Assembly (NCBI GenBank): GCA_028534125.1
Contig: CM052817.1
Location: 9,364,001 to 9,428,000 of the forward strand
DNA from: Lama glama
Lineage: Eukaryota
DNA: 64,000 bases
Direction of reading: 5' to 3'
In this document: positions 51,566-64,000 of the stretch, piece by piece
Numbering within the stretch: position 1 is the first letter of the stretch
Layout: every line of letters begins with the position of its first letter
The notes under the pieces: model-generated
Seen by the model: only the letters and a program-made list of their open reading frames with translations
Told to the model about the DNA's origin: nothing
Databases searched by the model: none
Translations under genes and position numbers: made by a program

Positions 51566-51691
51566 AATGTATTGAGCAACTACTATACCAGTCAGGGTGT
51601 GTGACACTTTCTCAGGACAGGTCAATTATGGCTTTCTGTTTTAAATGATCTAAACAATTTAACTACTCAGAAAACCATTGCTCTTTCATAC

Positions 51692-52220
51692 GGATGACTG
51701 GATAAAGAAGCTGTGATATATTTATACAATGGAATACTACTCAGCCATAAAAAAGAATAAAGTAATACCATTTGCAGCAATGTGGATGGACCTGGAGATG
51801 TCACTCCTAAGTGACATCTAAGTGAAGAAAGCCAGAAAGAGAAAGAAAAATATCATATGGTATCACTTATATGTGGAATCTAAAAAAAAATAAAAGACAA
51901 ATGAACTTATTTACAAAACAGAAATAGACTCAAAGACATAGAAAACAAACTTATGGTTACCAGGGAGGGAAGAGGGTGGGAAGGGATAAATAGGGAGTTT
52001 GGGATTTGCAGATGCACACTACTATATATAAAATAGATAAACAACAAGTTTCTACTCTATAGCACAGGTTACCTTGTAGTAACCTATGATGAAAAAGAAT
52101 ATGAAGATGAATATATGTATGTACATATGTATGTATGTGCATGACTGAACTATGCTGCACACCAGAAACTGACACAACGTTGTAAACTGACTATACTTCA
52201 ATTAAAAAAAAGTTAAAAAA
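51692..52220 (+). mobile_element. 5'-truncated camelid L1 3' end
   Basis: Closely similar to about 45846-46347; ends tgtaaactgactatacttcaattaaaaaaa. Confidence 0.93.
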
Positions 52221-53399
52221 TTGCTTAGAAGAGGAAAGTAAAAAAGAGTTGAAGAGATGTGACTTAAGGACATGAAGGAGATGAGGCTGAAAGAGGGAGC
52301 TCCGTTTGGCACACAAGTTAGAGATTTGGTTGTGGCATCTAAAAGGGCCAGCTGGGGGCTGCAGTTTCCTGAAGTTGGAGAGGAGGGCAGTGTGGGAATG
52401 CACACTTCACAGAGGGCAAGTATCCAGGGCCAGTTCTGGAGATGCTGAAGTCCTTGATGGTTCCAAGGAGAAAATACAGAGCCAGGAACAGAAAATTTAG
52501 TCAAAGGGGGTTAAGAGCCAGGAAAATACAGAATGAAAATGAGATTGAAGGCAGTGTCCAGGAAGTTCTGCCACAAACGTTTCCTCCCTCCATTCTCTGC
52601 AAGCTCATTGAGCACTTTCAGCATGCCAGTTTCCATGCTGGGGAACTCAGTCCTGGCCTGCAAGGAATATAAAATTCTCTTTGGGCGGACACTGGCCTGT
52701 GGTGCATGGGGGAGCTTGCCTGACCCTAAAGTCCAAGGTCCTGGGGAGAGCAGTGATAGCAGCTGCAGAGACGTCTGCCAACAGAAGACCCTCTTCTGAT
52801 GTTGTTCCATCCTTCCTATGAGTTCTGACACCCTCCCATCACCGGCCCACTTCATGGAAATGCTGAATCAGGGGATTTTAGAGTTGAAAGAGGTCTTATA
52901 AATCACTTAATCTGCCCTTTTTGTTTTCCAGCAGAGGAAAGGCAGTCTCTGATATGGCGGATCCCATGGGACTGTGGATAGACCAGCCCCGAAGACTACT
53001 TTCACCCCAGGATCACGCGGTTGGCCCTACTCCCTTAATGTGTGATCTACGTGGCATGGAAGTGATTAAAACTACTCCACGTCACGAGCATCTATTGAAC
53101 TCCCGCTTATAAGACCCACTCACTTTCCTTGACAATCAGCCTTCACATCTCATGTTTTTATCTTTAAATGTGCCAGTACATTTCACTGAATTTCACTGAA
53201 GTTCCCTCTGTGGTCTTGGTTCTCCTCCCTGGAGCTCTACGGAATATGTATGATCTTTCCCCCATTTTAATATACGTAATTCACTTTTATCAAACAATTA
53301 CTGCATTCTTTAGAGTCTCAGCAAGTCAGGGAGAGCATATTCAAATGGAGCCATGGAGAAACATTTGATAAAAGTACTTAAGATCTATCCAAAGGCTCT

Positions 53400-53770
53400 C
53401 AAGACAGGATTAAATTGAAACGATGGCGTGATGCATTAACCAGAACTGGCCACAGAGGGGAGCCATTGCCACCTCTACCACCCAGGTGGGGCGGGAGAGG
53501 AAGTGGTAAGTTAACTCTGGGGAGAAAGCCAGAGACAGAATCTGTGGTTTGGGGTAGAAAGATATGACCAACACACTTGGACCTACCTGAGAAGGAGCAG
53601 AGAAAGGAAAACAGACCCCTCTCTTGTCCTGATCACACCTCCCCATTGGCAGAACCTGACCGCAAGTCAGAGGTCAAGGGAAGCTACTGGTAGAGGTGGC
53701 GAAAGTCAGCTTCTGGGCTCCAGAGCAGGCTGGGGGGGGGGGGGTGCAGAGGGGCGAAGGGAGGAGACTG
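53400..53770. mobile_element. Old ERVL/MaLR LTR fragment (subfamily uncertain)
   Basis: cctccccattggcagaacctgaccgcaagtcagaggtcaagggaagc...gtcagcttctgggctccagagcagg. Confidence 0.5.
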
Positions 53771-56729
53771 CGCTTCCCCCCACCGCAGGCTCTGTGTCAC
53801 CCCTGAAAGTGGAGGAGCTGGGAAAACTGTCTCGGTCCAGGACTTCACCGAATACACAGGGCGGGGAGGGAGAGAGAAAACCGACAAGCCCGCGCAGCAG
53901 TGAGCTTTGCTAAGCATTTGGAGGGAAGAGTGGGCGCCATGAGACGTGATAATGAGTGATCAACTTCAGACCAGTCGTCTGGAGGTCGTCCTGTTGGAAG
54001 TACCATTCAAGGCGAGCCAGCCAGTGATGAACGAACAGCATCCCAGACAAAGCCTTTGGCTCACGGCAGCTCTTCAGATATGTCGTTCCTTGAACTTAAT
54101 TTGAATTTCTGTGAAATACATGGGTCTTATTACTTAGGGGTTGCCCCAGAAGCGCCCAGATCAAATGGAAAGACAGCGGCCTGCGAGTCAGGGGGCCTGT
54201 TCCACCTGCCCTGCGTCTGGCCCTCACAGTCCAGGAGACGGCGCCCAGGTCACAGGGTCTCTCTTCGCCTCCATTGTTCATCTGTAGAGTGAAGATGCCG
54301 GCTAGCTGGCCTGAGTCCCTTTCCATTCTAAAATTCAGTGTTGGTCATGGACTATGTTCATCTTTTTAAAGATACTTTTCAACACTTTTCAGATTTCTCT
54401 TTTCTGCTAAGTGAATGCCCAAGAGCAAGTTAAACTTTCTTTAGATCTTCAGATGAGTGGCAGTTGAGTGAGCTCTGTGCTGAGCACAAGCGGAATTCTG
54501 TGCACAGTCCTACAGGGATTAAATAATCTTTGGTATTTGGCCAAAGGAAAAACACCCAGTCATAAAGCTAAGGAAGAAGACTCCAGTTGTGGCTGCGGTT
54601 TTTAGGAAGAGAGTGTTTTATAGGATCAGGGAGTATCTGGGTCATGTCTCTGACCCCCTCCAAAGCTCAGGTTCCTTTCCAGCAACCCCACCCTGCTGAC
54701 ACACACCTGGGACAAGCACCGGGAGGGGCCACGATGTCACCTGTCAACTCCAGCTTCTCTGAGTGTCCCCTTCCATCAACTTGAAATCTGTCCCCAGGAT
54801 GTTCCCTCAGATGCCCCATCATTCTGCTTCAGGTCCCATGGAATTGGATGCCCTTCAGAAACTCTAATCACCATGTTCTCCCTTCCCTCCAGATTCTCAA
54901 ACACTCCACTCCGTCATCCTGGAACACTGCCCTCTTCCTCTCAAAAGGACTCCCAGCTTCTCCCTCCAAAGAGCGGTGTTTCAGGTGTCAGCTGAAACAC
55001 CTCCTCCGTGTGGCAGGCTTCCTGTGCTCTGGGTTAAGTCAGACTTAGACCCCTTCCTGTCCTTCACACCGGCAGCTGTCTCGCACCCGCCTTTGCTTTA
55101 TGACCTGTCCCGCCTCAAGGCTCTGGCTCAGGAGGAGCCCAGACCAAGTTCCCTGCTCTGTCCCGGCACCTAGAGCCGCAGTGAGGGACGCTTGGATAAC
55201 TTCTGGAATGAGGGACTTTAAGAAGACCTGGGTTTTGCTAAGAAATTTGGCATCCACAGACTAGAGTCAGAGCACTTTGCTAGAGATTTAGATAAATGAC
55301 CTATTAGAGGCGTTGGGTGCCTTTAGATAATGTGTCTCCACTCGGTGAGAACATTGAAAAAGTGTGATGAAAGCACAGTCTCTCTTCTGGCTGATTCTGA
55401 ATTATTTTCTGTGTGTCATGCATTGCAAACCATGATATATTAAGTCAAAAGAGCAATTTTCCAAACAGTGTCAGCTGTAAGCCCTATTTCTGTGAGAAAA
55501 ATCGTATCTACACAAATACACAGAGAGGTCACAGGATCTACCACAGTGAGATAGAGAAATGTTTAAGAATCTCAGTATACAGTCAGTATGATATCAATCC
55601 ATCAGGCCTTTTGAAAAATTGTCAGGATTCAAAGAACTTGAAATCTAGAGGTCTGAAGGAATGTTAATCGATATTCATGCTATGGTGGCGGCCCCCCTTG
55701 CTGCTAACCAGGAATCGTCGCCATCCTGGGGTCCACGTGGCTGTCCGTGCATAAGAGATTTTGAGGACCAGCACAGTGTTATTCTAAGATTCACTTTTAT
55801 TTTTTTAATTTTTTTTATTCTATATCCTCAAACAATGTTGACCAAACTTTCATTAGATGGTGATACTTGAATTGGAAAACCTTTCTAGATAATCACCAAC
55901 TTTGAAACTAAATATTAGATGCAATTATGTGTTACAAAGAAGGTCATGATATGACCTGAAATGAGATGCTGGAGTGTGAGTTTTGGGGTGAGGGAAGCAT
56001 GAAATGAGACAATGGTTTGCCAAAGTCCTCACATCACCAGGGAAGGATAATGAAAACCTGGAAGAAAAAAATCTGGTTACTTGCTCACAAGATGCAGATG
56101 GCGAAGGTGCCCTTCAGTGCAAAGTTACATGTTCATGTGCTCTGAGAAGACAGTCCCTGCAACTTTGTATTTAATTCCTATGAAAGAATCAACTGTGCTA
56201 TTTTTTAATTAGGTGAGCTCTTTAAGAACCCATCCCTCAAACCAAATGGAATTATAAAGATAAAAGCTGGGATGATATACGTTAAAATATTAAATGTAGT
56301 GGGGGGGATTCTTGGGGACCAGAAAAATTATGAGTGGCTTCTATTTTTTCCTTTATGCTTAAATATTTTTTTCTAGTTTTTAAAAGTTCGTATTTATCGA
56401 TAGTAAATAAATAAATGAAGTGTTGCATAATCTGCTTTTAAGAAAGGACTCATGCTGGAGGCAGCAGACCGTTGATGCCAGCAGCATCTGTGTGGTCCGG
56501 AATATCTCTTCATGCCAACGTGTCACGGCCTGGCACGGCACAGATGTGCCCGGCATCCTCGCTGGAAGGGATGTATCACCTCCAGGAGAAGTTGGCTCCT
56601 GAGGTTGCATGTTACTCATGACCCCCGTCTTGGAACGGGAGCAGGAAAAATAGAGAGGATGGGAGGGAGGAATATATAACCACTCTCCAATATCTCTGGG
56701 CTATTTCAGAGCCTCAAAAGTGAGGACCT

Positions 56730-56792
56730 GTGTGCTGTACACCAGAAACTGACACGTTGTAACTGACTGTACTTCAATACAAAAGTTTTTTA
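56730..56792 (+). mobile_element. Very short camelid L1 3' tip
   Basis: tgtgctgtacaccagaaactgacacgttgtaactgactgtacttcaata; TSD aaaagtgag (56716-56724 / 56793-56801). Confidence 0.85.
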
Positions 56793-57339
56793 AAAAGTGA
56801 GAGACTGATACGAGATGAAAGTCATTTATACACTCAAGTCCCTGAATATTTGAGAAGATATTTTTAATTCCTTCAACCAGAAGAGTGATTCCCTTTCTAA
56901 GTCCTTTATCTGAGATAAATCTATGACCAAAGATGGAGATTCCACCCCAGTCTCCACCTCTAAGATGAGGGTCTGAATTACTGTGTGAGAACTTCTAAAG
57001 GTATCTCTGGGCAGCTCCCCAATCTGTGAAACCGAATAGAAGCAATCGCTCATGCGAGGATGTGCCTCCTGATTCTGTTCTACTTCCAACCTCGCGACTG
57101 ACTTGACTAGGCCCTTTGCCAATTCCTGCGCTTCCCTCTCCTTGCAGCAGTGGACTTGTTCCACTCACTGTCCCAGGGGAACGACCCTTCCCTCGCTGAC
57201 TTGGCCCACAGCCCTCCCACTGCAGCCCAGCCTCACAGATGGCCATCGCCCTGGGCTGGTTCTCACAGGATCCACAAGCCGCAGCCGGACAGTTTCATCT
57301 GAATTCCCAGAGGAAAGTGGGATGAGGCAATTGGCAGGT

Positions 57340-57740
57340 GTGTTGGTCTAGGTCCTCCGAGAAGCAGATGACAAAGCAGAATTAAACCTGCCAGGGTTTT
57401 ACTAGAGAAAGAGAAGGAGGAGGGGGCCAGGGAAGGCTGCGAGATCATCAGAACGTGGTGAGAGTCTGACTAAGGGACAGAGAGAGAGGAGGTTAGGTGG
57501 AAGTCTCACAGACTATCTGCCATTAAGTCAAAAGAGGATTAGGCCAAGGCAACAGCAAGCCCTTGAGATTAAGTTGCCCATCAGAGAAGTCCCTTAGTCT
57601 CCCTCGTGTCTCCAGCCCTATGCTTAGTCCTCGGCAGGAGCCCCCGTGGAAGGCACAGCCTGGGCACACACACAACAGTGCATTTCAAAGCCTAGCAGCT
57701 GGGCCTCATTGAACCCTGATCTCAGTGGCCAAGGGTCTGG
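57340..57740 (-). mobile_element. ERVL LTR (LTR16-like)
   Basis: ggtcctccgagaagcagatgacaaagcagaatta...ttgcccatcagagaagtccc...agcagctgggcc. Confidence 0.65.
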
Positions 57741-59807
57741 AGACACATTCTCCTGGCCCCCATGGCGGGCCACGCTTGTTAGAATTTGGCCCTGACTGTT
57801 TAGACCCTGTAGAGGCCAATCCTGCTTGGGGAGTAGAGAACGTGGGAAATTTCGTTGAGTAATACAAAAAGGCAGCTCTCACTGTGGATTTCAGCTCTTC
57901 CAGGTCCCCCAGGAGCTCCCTGGGAAGTAACTCCGGAGCATCCTTTGGAGTTAAGAGGAAACAATCTGATGGGACTCCAGACCGATCAACATCATGTACA
58001 TCAGAGCAGCTGTCCACTGAACGCTGTATACCCTGGAATCACGCACAGCAACATTTGTTTAAAAGAGCATAATGCTTACAGAATTTTAAAGTCCCACTTG
58101 CAGTGGAGCCAGGTGGACCAGGTCCTCCTGCACCTCTGATTCCCCAGCTCCCTGGCACAGGGCCTCACCTGTAGAGGCACGTAGTAAATGTCTGTATCAG
58201 TGTACGAACAAATGAGTGAACGGATGGAGTTAGTCCATGTGAATTCGTTCTCAGAACGGCTCTTTTAGATAGGTACCATTGTCCCCATTCTACTGACCAC
58301 AACTTGATATTCACAGGGCTTATGTTAATGGGTCGTGACCAAGAGATTGTTCAGTAGGAGCACTGAGATTCAAATCCAGGTCATCTGAGTCCAAACCCAG
58401 AGACCTTTGGACTGCCCTCCTCTGCAGACACTGTGCTCTAGGGCCTCTGACGTCCCCCACTCGGTCTCAGCCGTGTCTGACTATAGAGAATGTTAGGCTC
58501 CAACATTCTCAGCTTTCCACTGTTTCTCTCTGTGGGCCCTTGGCAACAGCTACTCACTGTTCTGGGTTGTCAGCAAGCTTAAAAAATCATCTGCACTCTG
58601 CCTATTTCTGCATTCCTCAGAAGGCTTTCAGATGCTCAGAGGCCATACCTCTCGTGGTACAGACGAATTACAGGCCTGGGGCGAGGGAACCTGCAGTCTC
58701 ACTGGTCCTCTTGTTATGAAGCTTCCTCTGTGCTGGAGAACGCACCCTGCCGGGAACAGAAGCATCAAATTGTGGGCTGCCTGCTGCCTATGAGGGTGCA
58801 AGGACTGCTTAGTGAATAGGCTGGAGTTTTGCTGTGGTTCTTGCCGGAAATAAATCTTCTCGGTGTTTCAAAGTCATGATAGTGTCTTTGATGTGAATCT
58901 TAAATGGAAGGGAGACCTTGGACAATGGGGCGAGCTCGGAACATTGAAAATAAAAATAATAATAATAACTACTCTCTCTGGGGACAAGAAGCTGTGCTAG
59001 CATCTCATTTAACCCTCCAAGAACCCTAACAGAAGCTACAATTAATGTCTTGATTTTATAACTAAGGAAACTGAGTCTCAGATGCTAACTTGACAAAGGA
59101 GATACAGCTGGTGAGTACTGAAGTTGGCACATCAGTCTTAGTGGAACATGATTAAAAGCAAATGCAAGTATTAAGGACAGAATTCTGAATGAATGCTGGT
59201 TATATTTTATATACCCCAAGGACAGGGGTGTTGCTGTTAGTGTATTTTTAAATTTTTCATGGACTAACTGGATTTCAGCTCTTAATGGCAATGAGGGTAT
59301 TAGTCAATAGGTTACATCATTGGATTACAGATGGTTTTAAAAAGCAAACCTTGGACACTTGGTTACAGTCCCTGGCTTCCCAGTTTCTAAAAGCCTTTTC
59401 CATATCAGAACCACCCCGCTTGCTGACATGATAAATGATTACACTTTCATGAGCCTCAATCCCCACATTTGTTTCAGTTCTTCTACTAAATTCACATGCT
59501 TCCTTGACATCTGTGCAAATGTTCTTGAAAAATGTCTGCTTACGGACTTTGATAACAAAAGCTTCACTCTCAAGATATACTGATGGCAGAATTTATCACT
59601 GCAGAGTTCAATTCTTCATTAATGCTCTCTTCCCAAATCCTTAAGCCAGTTATTACTAGTGCTTCTTTGAGTTACTCTTTAAAAAACTCACTATTTTCTG
59701 TCTGGTTTTATATATATGTATACACATGTATATACATATTGTGTATATATGAAGTAATATGTGTTTACCTTAGTGTGGTCCTCCATTAAGACTTATTTTA
59801 AAAATCT

Positions 59808-60307
59808 NNNNNNNNNNNNNNNNNNNNNNNNNNNNNNNNNNNNNNNNNNNNNNNNNNNNNNNNNNNNNNNNNNNNNNNNNNNNNNNNNNNNNNNNNNNNN
59901 NNNNNNNNNNNNNNNNNNNNNNNNNNNNNNNNNNNNNNNNNNNNNNNNNNNNNNNNNNNNNNNNNNNNNNNNNNNNNNNNNNNNNNNNNNNNNNNNNNNN
60001 NNNNNNNNNNNNNNNNNNNNNNNNNNNNNNNNNNNNNNNNNNNNNNNNNNNNNNNNNNNNNNNNNNNNNNNNNNNNNNNNNNNNNNNNNNNNNNNNNNNN
60101 NNNNNNNNNNNNNNNNNNNNNNNNNNNNNNNNNNNNNNNNNNNNNNNNNNNNNNNNNNNNNNNNNNNNNNNNNNNNNNNNNNNNNNNNNNNNNNNNNNNN
60201 NNNNNNNNNNNNNNNNNNNNNNNNNNNNNNNNNNNNNNNNNNNNNNNNNNNNNNNNNNNNNNNNNNNNNNNNNNNNNNNNNNNNNNNNNNNNNNNNNNNN
60301 NNNNNNN
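59808..60307. other. Assembly gap (500 N)
   Basis: N run; the round length suggests a placeholder size. Confidence 0.99.
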
Positions 60308-61402
60308 GCGCGTGTGTGTCTGTATTAAGCAAATAGCATAAATGAGCAGTTGGGTAAACAAAGATAAAAAAAAAATACAAAGTAAAATCTGATCTGATAT
60401 CAGAAGTAGCCTCTCTGAGATTCTCTTGGTCTTCCCCTTACACATGTCACCTCATGGTGACAAGATGGGAGCTTCAAGCCTGGACATCACACCTCCCTTC
60501 AAGACAGGGAAAAAGAGGAAAGGTCAGGGTAGATACTGCAAAATTTAACTTATTTCTCATTGGCCAGAACTGAGTCAAATTATTATTGTGGCTACGAGAG
60601 GGTTAGAAAATCAACCAGTGTGCTTTCACAGCATCTATCATGGGCACAGCCATAGAAAATGGGGCAGAGTTTGGAGCCTGGGTGAGTCAATCTGTGTCAG
60701 CTATGTTCAGAAAGAAAGGACTTGAATCTATCAGGAAGGAGAGCAATGTAAGAAATAATTTTTTTAAATGAATAGAATCATCATATCTGAAAAAGAAAAT
60801 AAAGCACAAACTTCTTTTATCTTTCTAGTCTCTCAAAGGTCACCATCTGGAGGAAGAGATGATGGCCAGAGGAAGGGGTCGGAGGAACGAGGCCCTCTCT
60901 GACAGCATGGCGTGGCTCAACAACAGCTGGAAAAGTGATTTCTTCTCAGATTTCTTTCCCCCCAAAATTTGAATTCATGCCCAATGGGACCAAGGGTCTT
61001 AATTTCTAATAGTCAGAGGAATCCTTCCTCCCACTTCTGGATAAAATTGTTCCCTTGGTGTCAGCAGTTTTCAGACGGCAAGATAAGCAGGAACTGGGCG
61101 TTGAAATAGAAGAGAGGACGCCATTTGGCCAGACAGCTGGAGCTGGACACCTTTCTCCTCTGTGTTGCCCAGAGACGGTGGAAGGCGGTCAGGCCTCATC
61201 TGTGAGTGAAGAGGCTGCAACTGTCCATTGGGTTTTACTTTCAGTGACTCTTTGGAAATCCATTTAGAAGTAAGTACATGCTACTGGCCACGTGGACACC
61301 TGGGGACCCAAGGGCAGGACGGTAAAAGTATCAACATGTCACGTAAATGTTACTCTTTTAACAGCACTTATAAAAAATCTGATTTTAAAAGAAAAGGGGC
61401 TT

Positions 61403-61561
61403 GGGGAGGGCATAACTCAGTGGTACAGCACACGCTTAGCATGCACGAGGTCACGGGTTCAATCCCCGGCACTTCTTCTAAAAGTTACCTCTGCGCACCC
61501 CCCCAAAAAAATAAAATAAAATAAATACTAATTTTAAGAAAAAGAGTAAAAAGAAAGAAAG
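61403..61561 (+). mobile_element. tRNA-Ala-derived camelid SINE (Vic-1-like, long-tail form)
   Basis: ggggagggcataactcagtgg...gggttcaatccccggc; A-rich tail; 15-bp TSD aaaagaaaagRggct (61387-61401 / 61562-61576). Confidence 0.93.
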
Positions 61562-62284
61562 AAAAGAAAAGAGGCTGAAATGTCTCCTGCCGAGAGGAAA
61601 AGGAGGCAGAATTGATGTCTGGAGGCCCTTGATTGGGGTCTGGGCGGCTCAGACCCCTTCCCTGTCTCCCCCAGAGTGCGCTCCCTGCCCTCCTGCGGTC
61701 CTTGGCAACGGTGACCTGATTGTGGTCACAGAAGCGAAGGGCATAAACGGGGGCTTGGGAGGGAATGAAGAAGGCCTGCATCCAACTCTGGAAGGATCTA
61801 TTTGAAAGCAAGTCTCATCACGACTTGGGTGAAAACGGGGCAATGAGAGAAGGAAACCCACACCAAAGGCAGACCGGGGAGGGTGGAGGCGGGCATCGTC
61901 CAGCTGGAGCCAGAGCCGGAGCCGCGGCGAACCGGGCAGGGCAGGGCAGGGCCCACAGCCGCTCCTCTGAAAAACTGGGTCTGGGTCGTTTCCCATCGCC
62001 CCATTTTTCTCACCAAGTCATTAAACAGGGAGCTGCCCTGTGGCCTCGACACCGATTCTGTTTATCTAAGTGACAGTCATCCTGCAGAGGGAACTCCAGA
62101 CTCCTGCCATTGTGGCGAGAATGCGCTCTTTCTCAAAGGCTGTTTGCAGGCAGGGGCTGTCCACTCCTCTGCGCTTTCTACGCAGGCAGGGTTTGCTGCT
62201 GTCTTCCTATTTGATCTGAAGGACAGTCATTCTCTTTCCACCCACGCCCTCTTCAAAGCCGGGAGCGATGAGCTATGACAGCAG

Positions 62285-62470
62285 AATGCAGTGGTGAATG
62301 AGGCAAAACTTTGAAACAAGCTAGACCTGGTGTTACAACCTAATTTCTGACAGTTTCTTCGTTCTCAGGGATAATACGCATCCAACCTGCAGTGTTATTA
62401 TGAGGACTAAAGATAATGCATGTAATGTTCTCAGCCCCGTGCCCTGGATGAACCAGGTGCTTCATAAATG
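62285..62470 (+). mobile_element. MIR SINE
   Basis: gggataata...tgttattatgaggactaaagataatgcatgtaa...gtgcttcataaatg. Confidence 0.7.
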
Positions 62471-62534
62471 ACTCCTGTGCATCGTTATGGCTGTTCTGCC
62501 GGCCTAGACTCTTTCCTGCTACCTCGTGGTTTCA

Positions 62535-62637
62535 TACACCCACAGACACACACAGACACACACACACATACACAGACACACACAGACACCCACACACACA
62601 GACACACACAGACACACACAGACACACACACACACAT
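62535..62637. repeat. Compound (CA)n/(CAGA) microsatellite
   Basis: cacagacacacacagacacacacacacatacacagacaca... Confidence 0.92.
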
Positions 62638-62919
62638 ACCCCTGAATCTCCAGGAACCATTGGTGGACAAGTGAAAGAAATACTGTGTGTGTATTATGTG
62701 GATTCTGTGTTGCTACCAAGTTTTGTGCTCCAGAAAATGGAGCATGGTTGGAAGTTTCATTCTAAACCACACTGAAGACTGCCCATCCCTGGGTCGTATA
62801 CTCATGTGTTTAACCGTAGAGGAAAGAATCATGGACTGAGGGGCTGGGCTTGTGGGCTTGCTTCTGCCAACACCTAGTATTGTCTTTATATCAAGAACCC
62901 AAGAACACACAGTGCCGCA

Positions 62920-63007
62920 GGGAGGGTATAGCTCAGGTGGTAGAGCACACGCTTAGCATGCACAGGGTCCTGGGTTCAATCCCCAGCACCTCCATTAAAA
63001 AAAAAAA
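62920..63007 (+). mobile_element. tRNA-Ala-derived camelid SINE (Vic-1-like, short form)
   Basis: gggagggtatagctcaggtggtagag...gggttcaatccccagcacctcc followed by poly(A); TSD aagaacaYacag (62901-62912 / 63008-63019). Confidence 0.95.
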
Positions 63008-63829
63008 AAGAACATACAGCACAGAGGTCATCAAACAAGACCTTTCCAAGTAGCACTTCATTTAAAGTTCCCTAAAGGGTAATGATCTGAACACACAGGG
63101 ACTTTCTCCACCCCTCATGTCCCCTCCCCAAGGGAGAAAGAATGGCTTCCCTGGTGTGTAGTCCAAGAGAAAGAATTTAGCAGCAGCTCCCCCCCGCCTC
63201 ACCCCCATTCATGGACACGTGTGCCCTCTGAGATACAGTCAGAGAATACAGTGTGTTTTTAGTGGCAAAAGACAGAAAGTGCCTGCATAGCGTCACTTTT
63301 CACAGGAGGAGGAATCACAGCCTAGTCCCAGCTGGAGGGATAGCCCCCCACCCCCCACGGAGATGCTAATGCTGCACGTGAGGTTCTGCCATTCTCCCGG
63401 GAGCTGGTTGAGGGGCAAGAGTTGGTATCTTCCCATCCTCCTGACCTCTGACGGACCCCAGGAAGTATGCCTCCCTGCTAAGAAATGCGGCAGCAACCTC
63501 CATGCATCCCTAAGTGTTTACTGCACAACTGGTTCATTAGGAAAGAAGTCTTGCTTATTCTTAGGTGTTTGAACACTAGCAGGACAGAGCCCTCCTTTCG
63601 GAGCCATCATTCTTACCGGCCCTGCATCTGACTGGTGCTCGCTTTGAATTTGTTTGATGGCCCCATATCCAGTTCCCCACAAAATATATTAAAAATAATT
63701 TAAAATGCATTTGATCTTCCAGAAGGATTTTCTTTCCCCAAAAACTCCAAGTCATGAACTTGTATGTGGGGAGCGCAGCCATTTCCTGCGTGCTTAACAA
63801 GACACTGCACTCAGAAATATTTCAAAGAC

Positions 63830-63970
63830 ACCATCTCATGTAAATGCCATGCCAACCCTACAGATGTGGGAATCTATATCTCCGTTTCACAAACAGGGAA
63901 GCAGAGCTCTGAGGAAGGCAAAAAACACAAGTCCACATAGGTGGTAAATGGCGCAGCCAGGGATTTTACC
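63830..63970 (-). mobile_element. MIR SINE
   Basis: ctccgtttcacaaacagggaagcagagctctgag...gtccacataggtggtaaatggcgcagccagggattt. Confidence 0.7.
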
Positions 63971-64000
63971 CATTATGCTAAAAAAAGGCAGTGTCTAAGT

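Noticed and set aside
52920..53045. Acceptor-like ttttttgttttccagcag
   Set aside because: Resembles a decayed antisense MIR core, and there is no good donor downstream.
57706..58017. Protein-like peptide PKDAPELLPRELLGDLEELKSTV (- strand)
   Set aside because: No parent gene recognised and no poly(A) or TSD. A tblastn/blastp search would be needed to support a pseudogene call.
59761..60445. Long ORFs full of X
   Set aside because: Artefacts of the N gap.
62920..62994. tRNA-Ala(AGC) gene (also at 9773, 38230 and 61403)
   Set aside because: Mismatched stems, A-rich tails and (in three of the four copies) clear TSDs show these are SINE retrocopies.
1..64000. A novel multi-gene system, CRISPR array or operon
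   Set aside because: This is eukaryotic repeat-rich non-coding DNA. It has no repeat-spacer array and no ORFs with coding-like character other than transposon remnants.

Overview
Mammalian genomic DNA, almost certainly camelid (alpaca/llama/camel lineage). The evidence is four copies of a tRNA-Ala-derived SINE matching camelid Vic-1 and several young L1 3' ends of the L1_Vpa type. The window reads as intronic or intergenic, repeat-rich sequence: L1 of several ages, L2, MIR, MaLR/ERV solo LTRs, hAT and TcMar DNA transposons, microsatellites, and a 500-N assembly gap. I recognise no host protein-coding gene. The only ORFs with recognisable homology are L1 ORF1/ORF2 and L2 RT remnants. I found no convincing undescribed biological system. 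The leads worth checking are modest: candidate spliced exons near the left end, a strong CTCF/NRF1 element, a perfect SOX-OCT motif, a MER53 hairpin of the miR-1302 type, a hairpin carrying a miR-92-family seed, an L1 with both ends but almost no ORF2, and a twin-primed L1. Repeat subfamily names are from memory of consensus sequences, and boundaries of old repeats are approximate.
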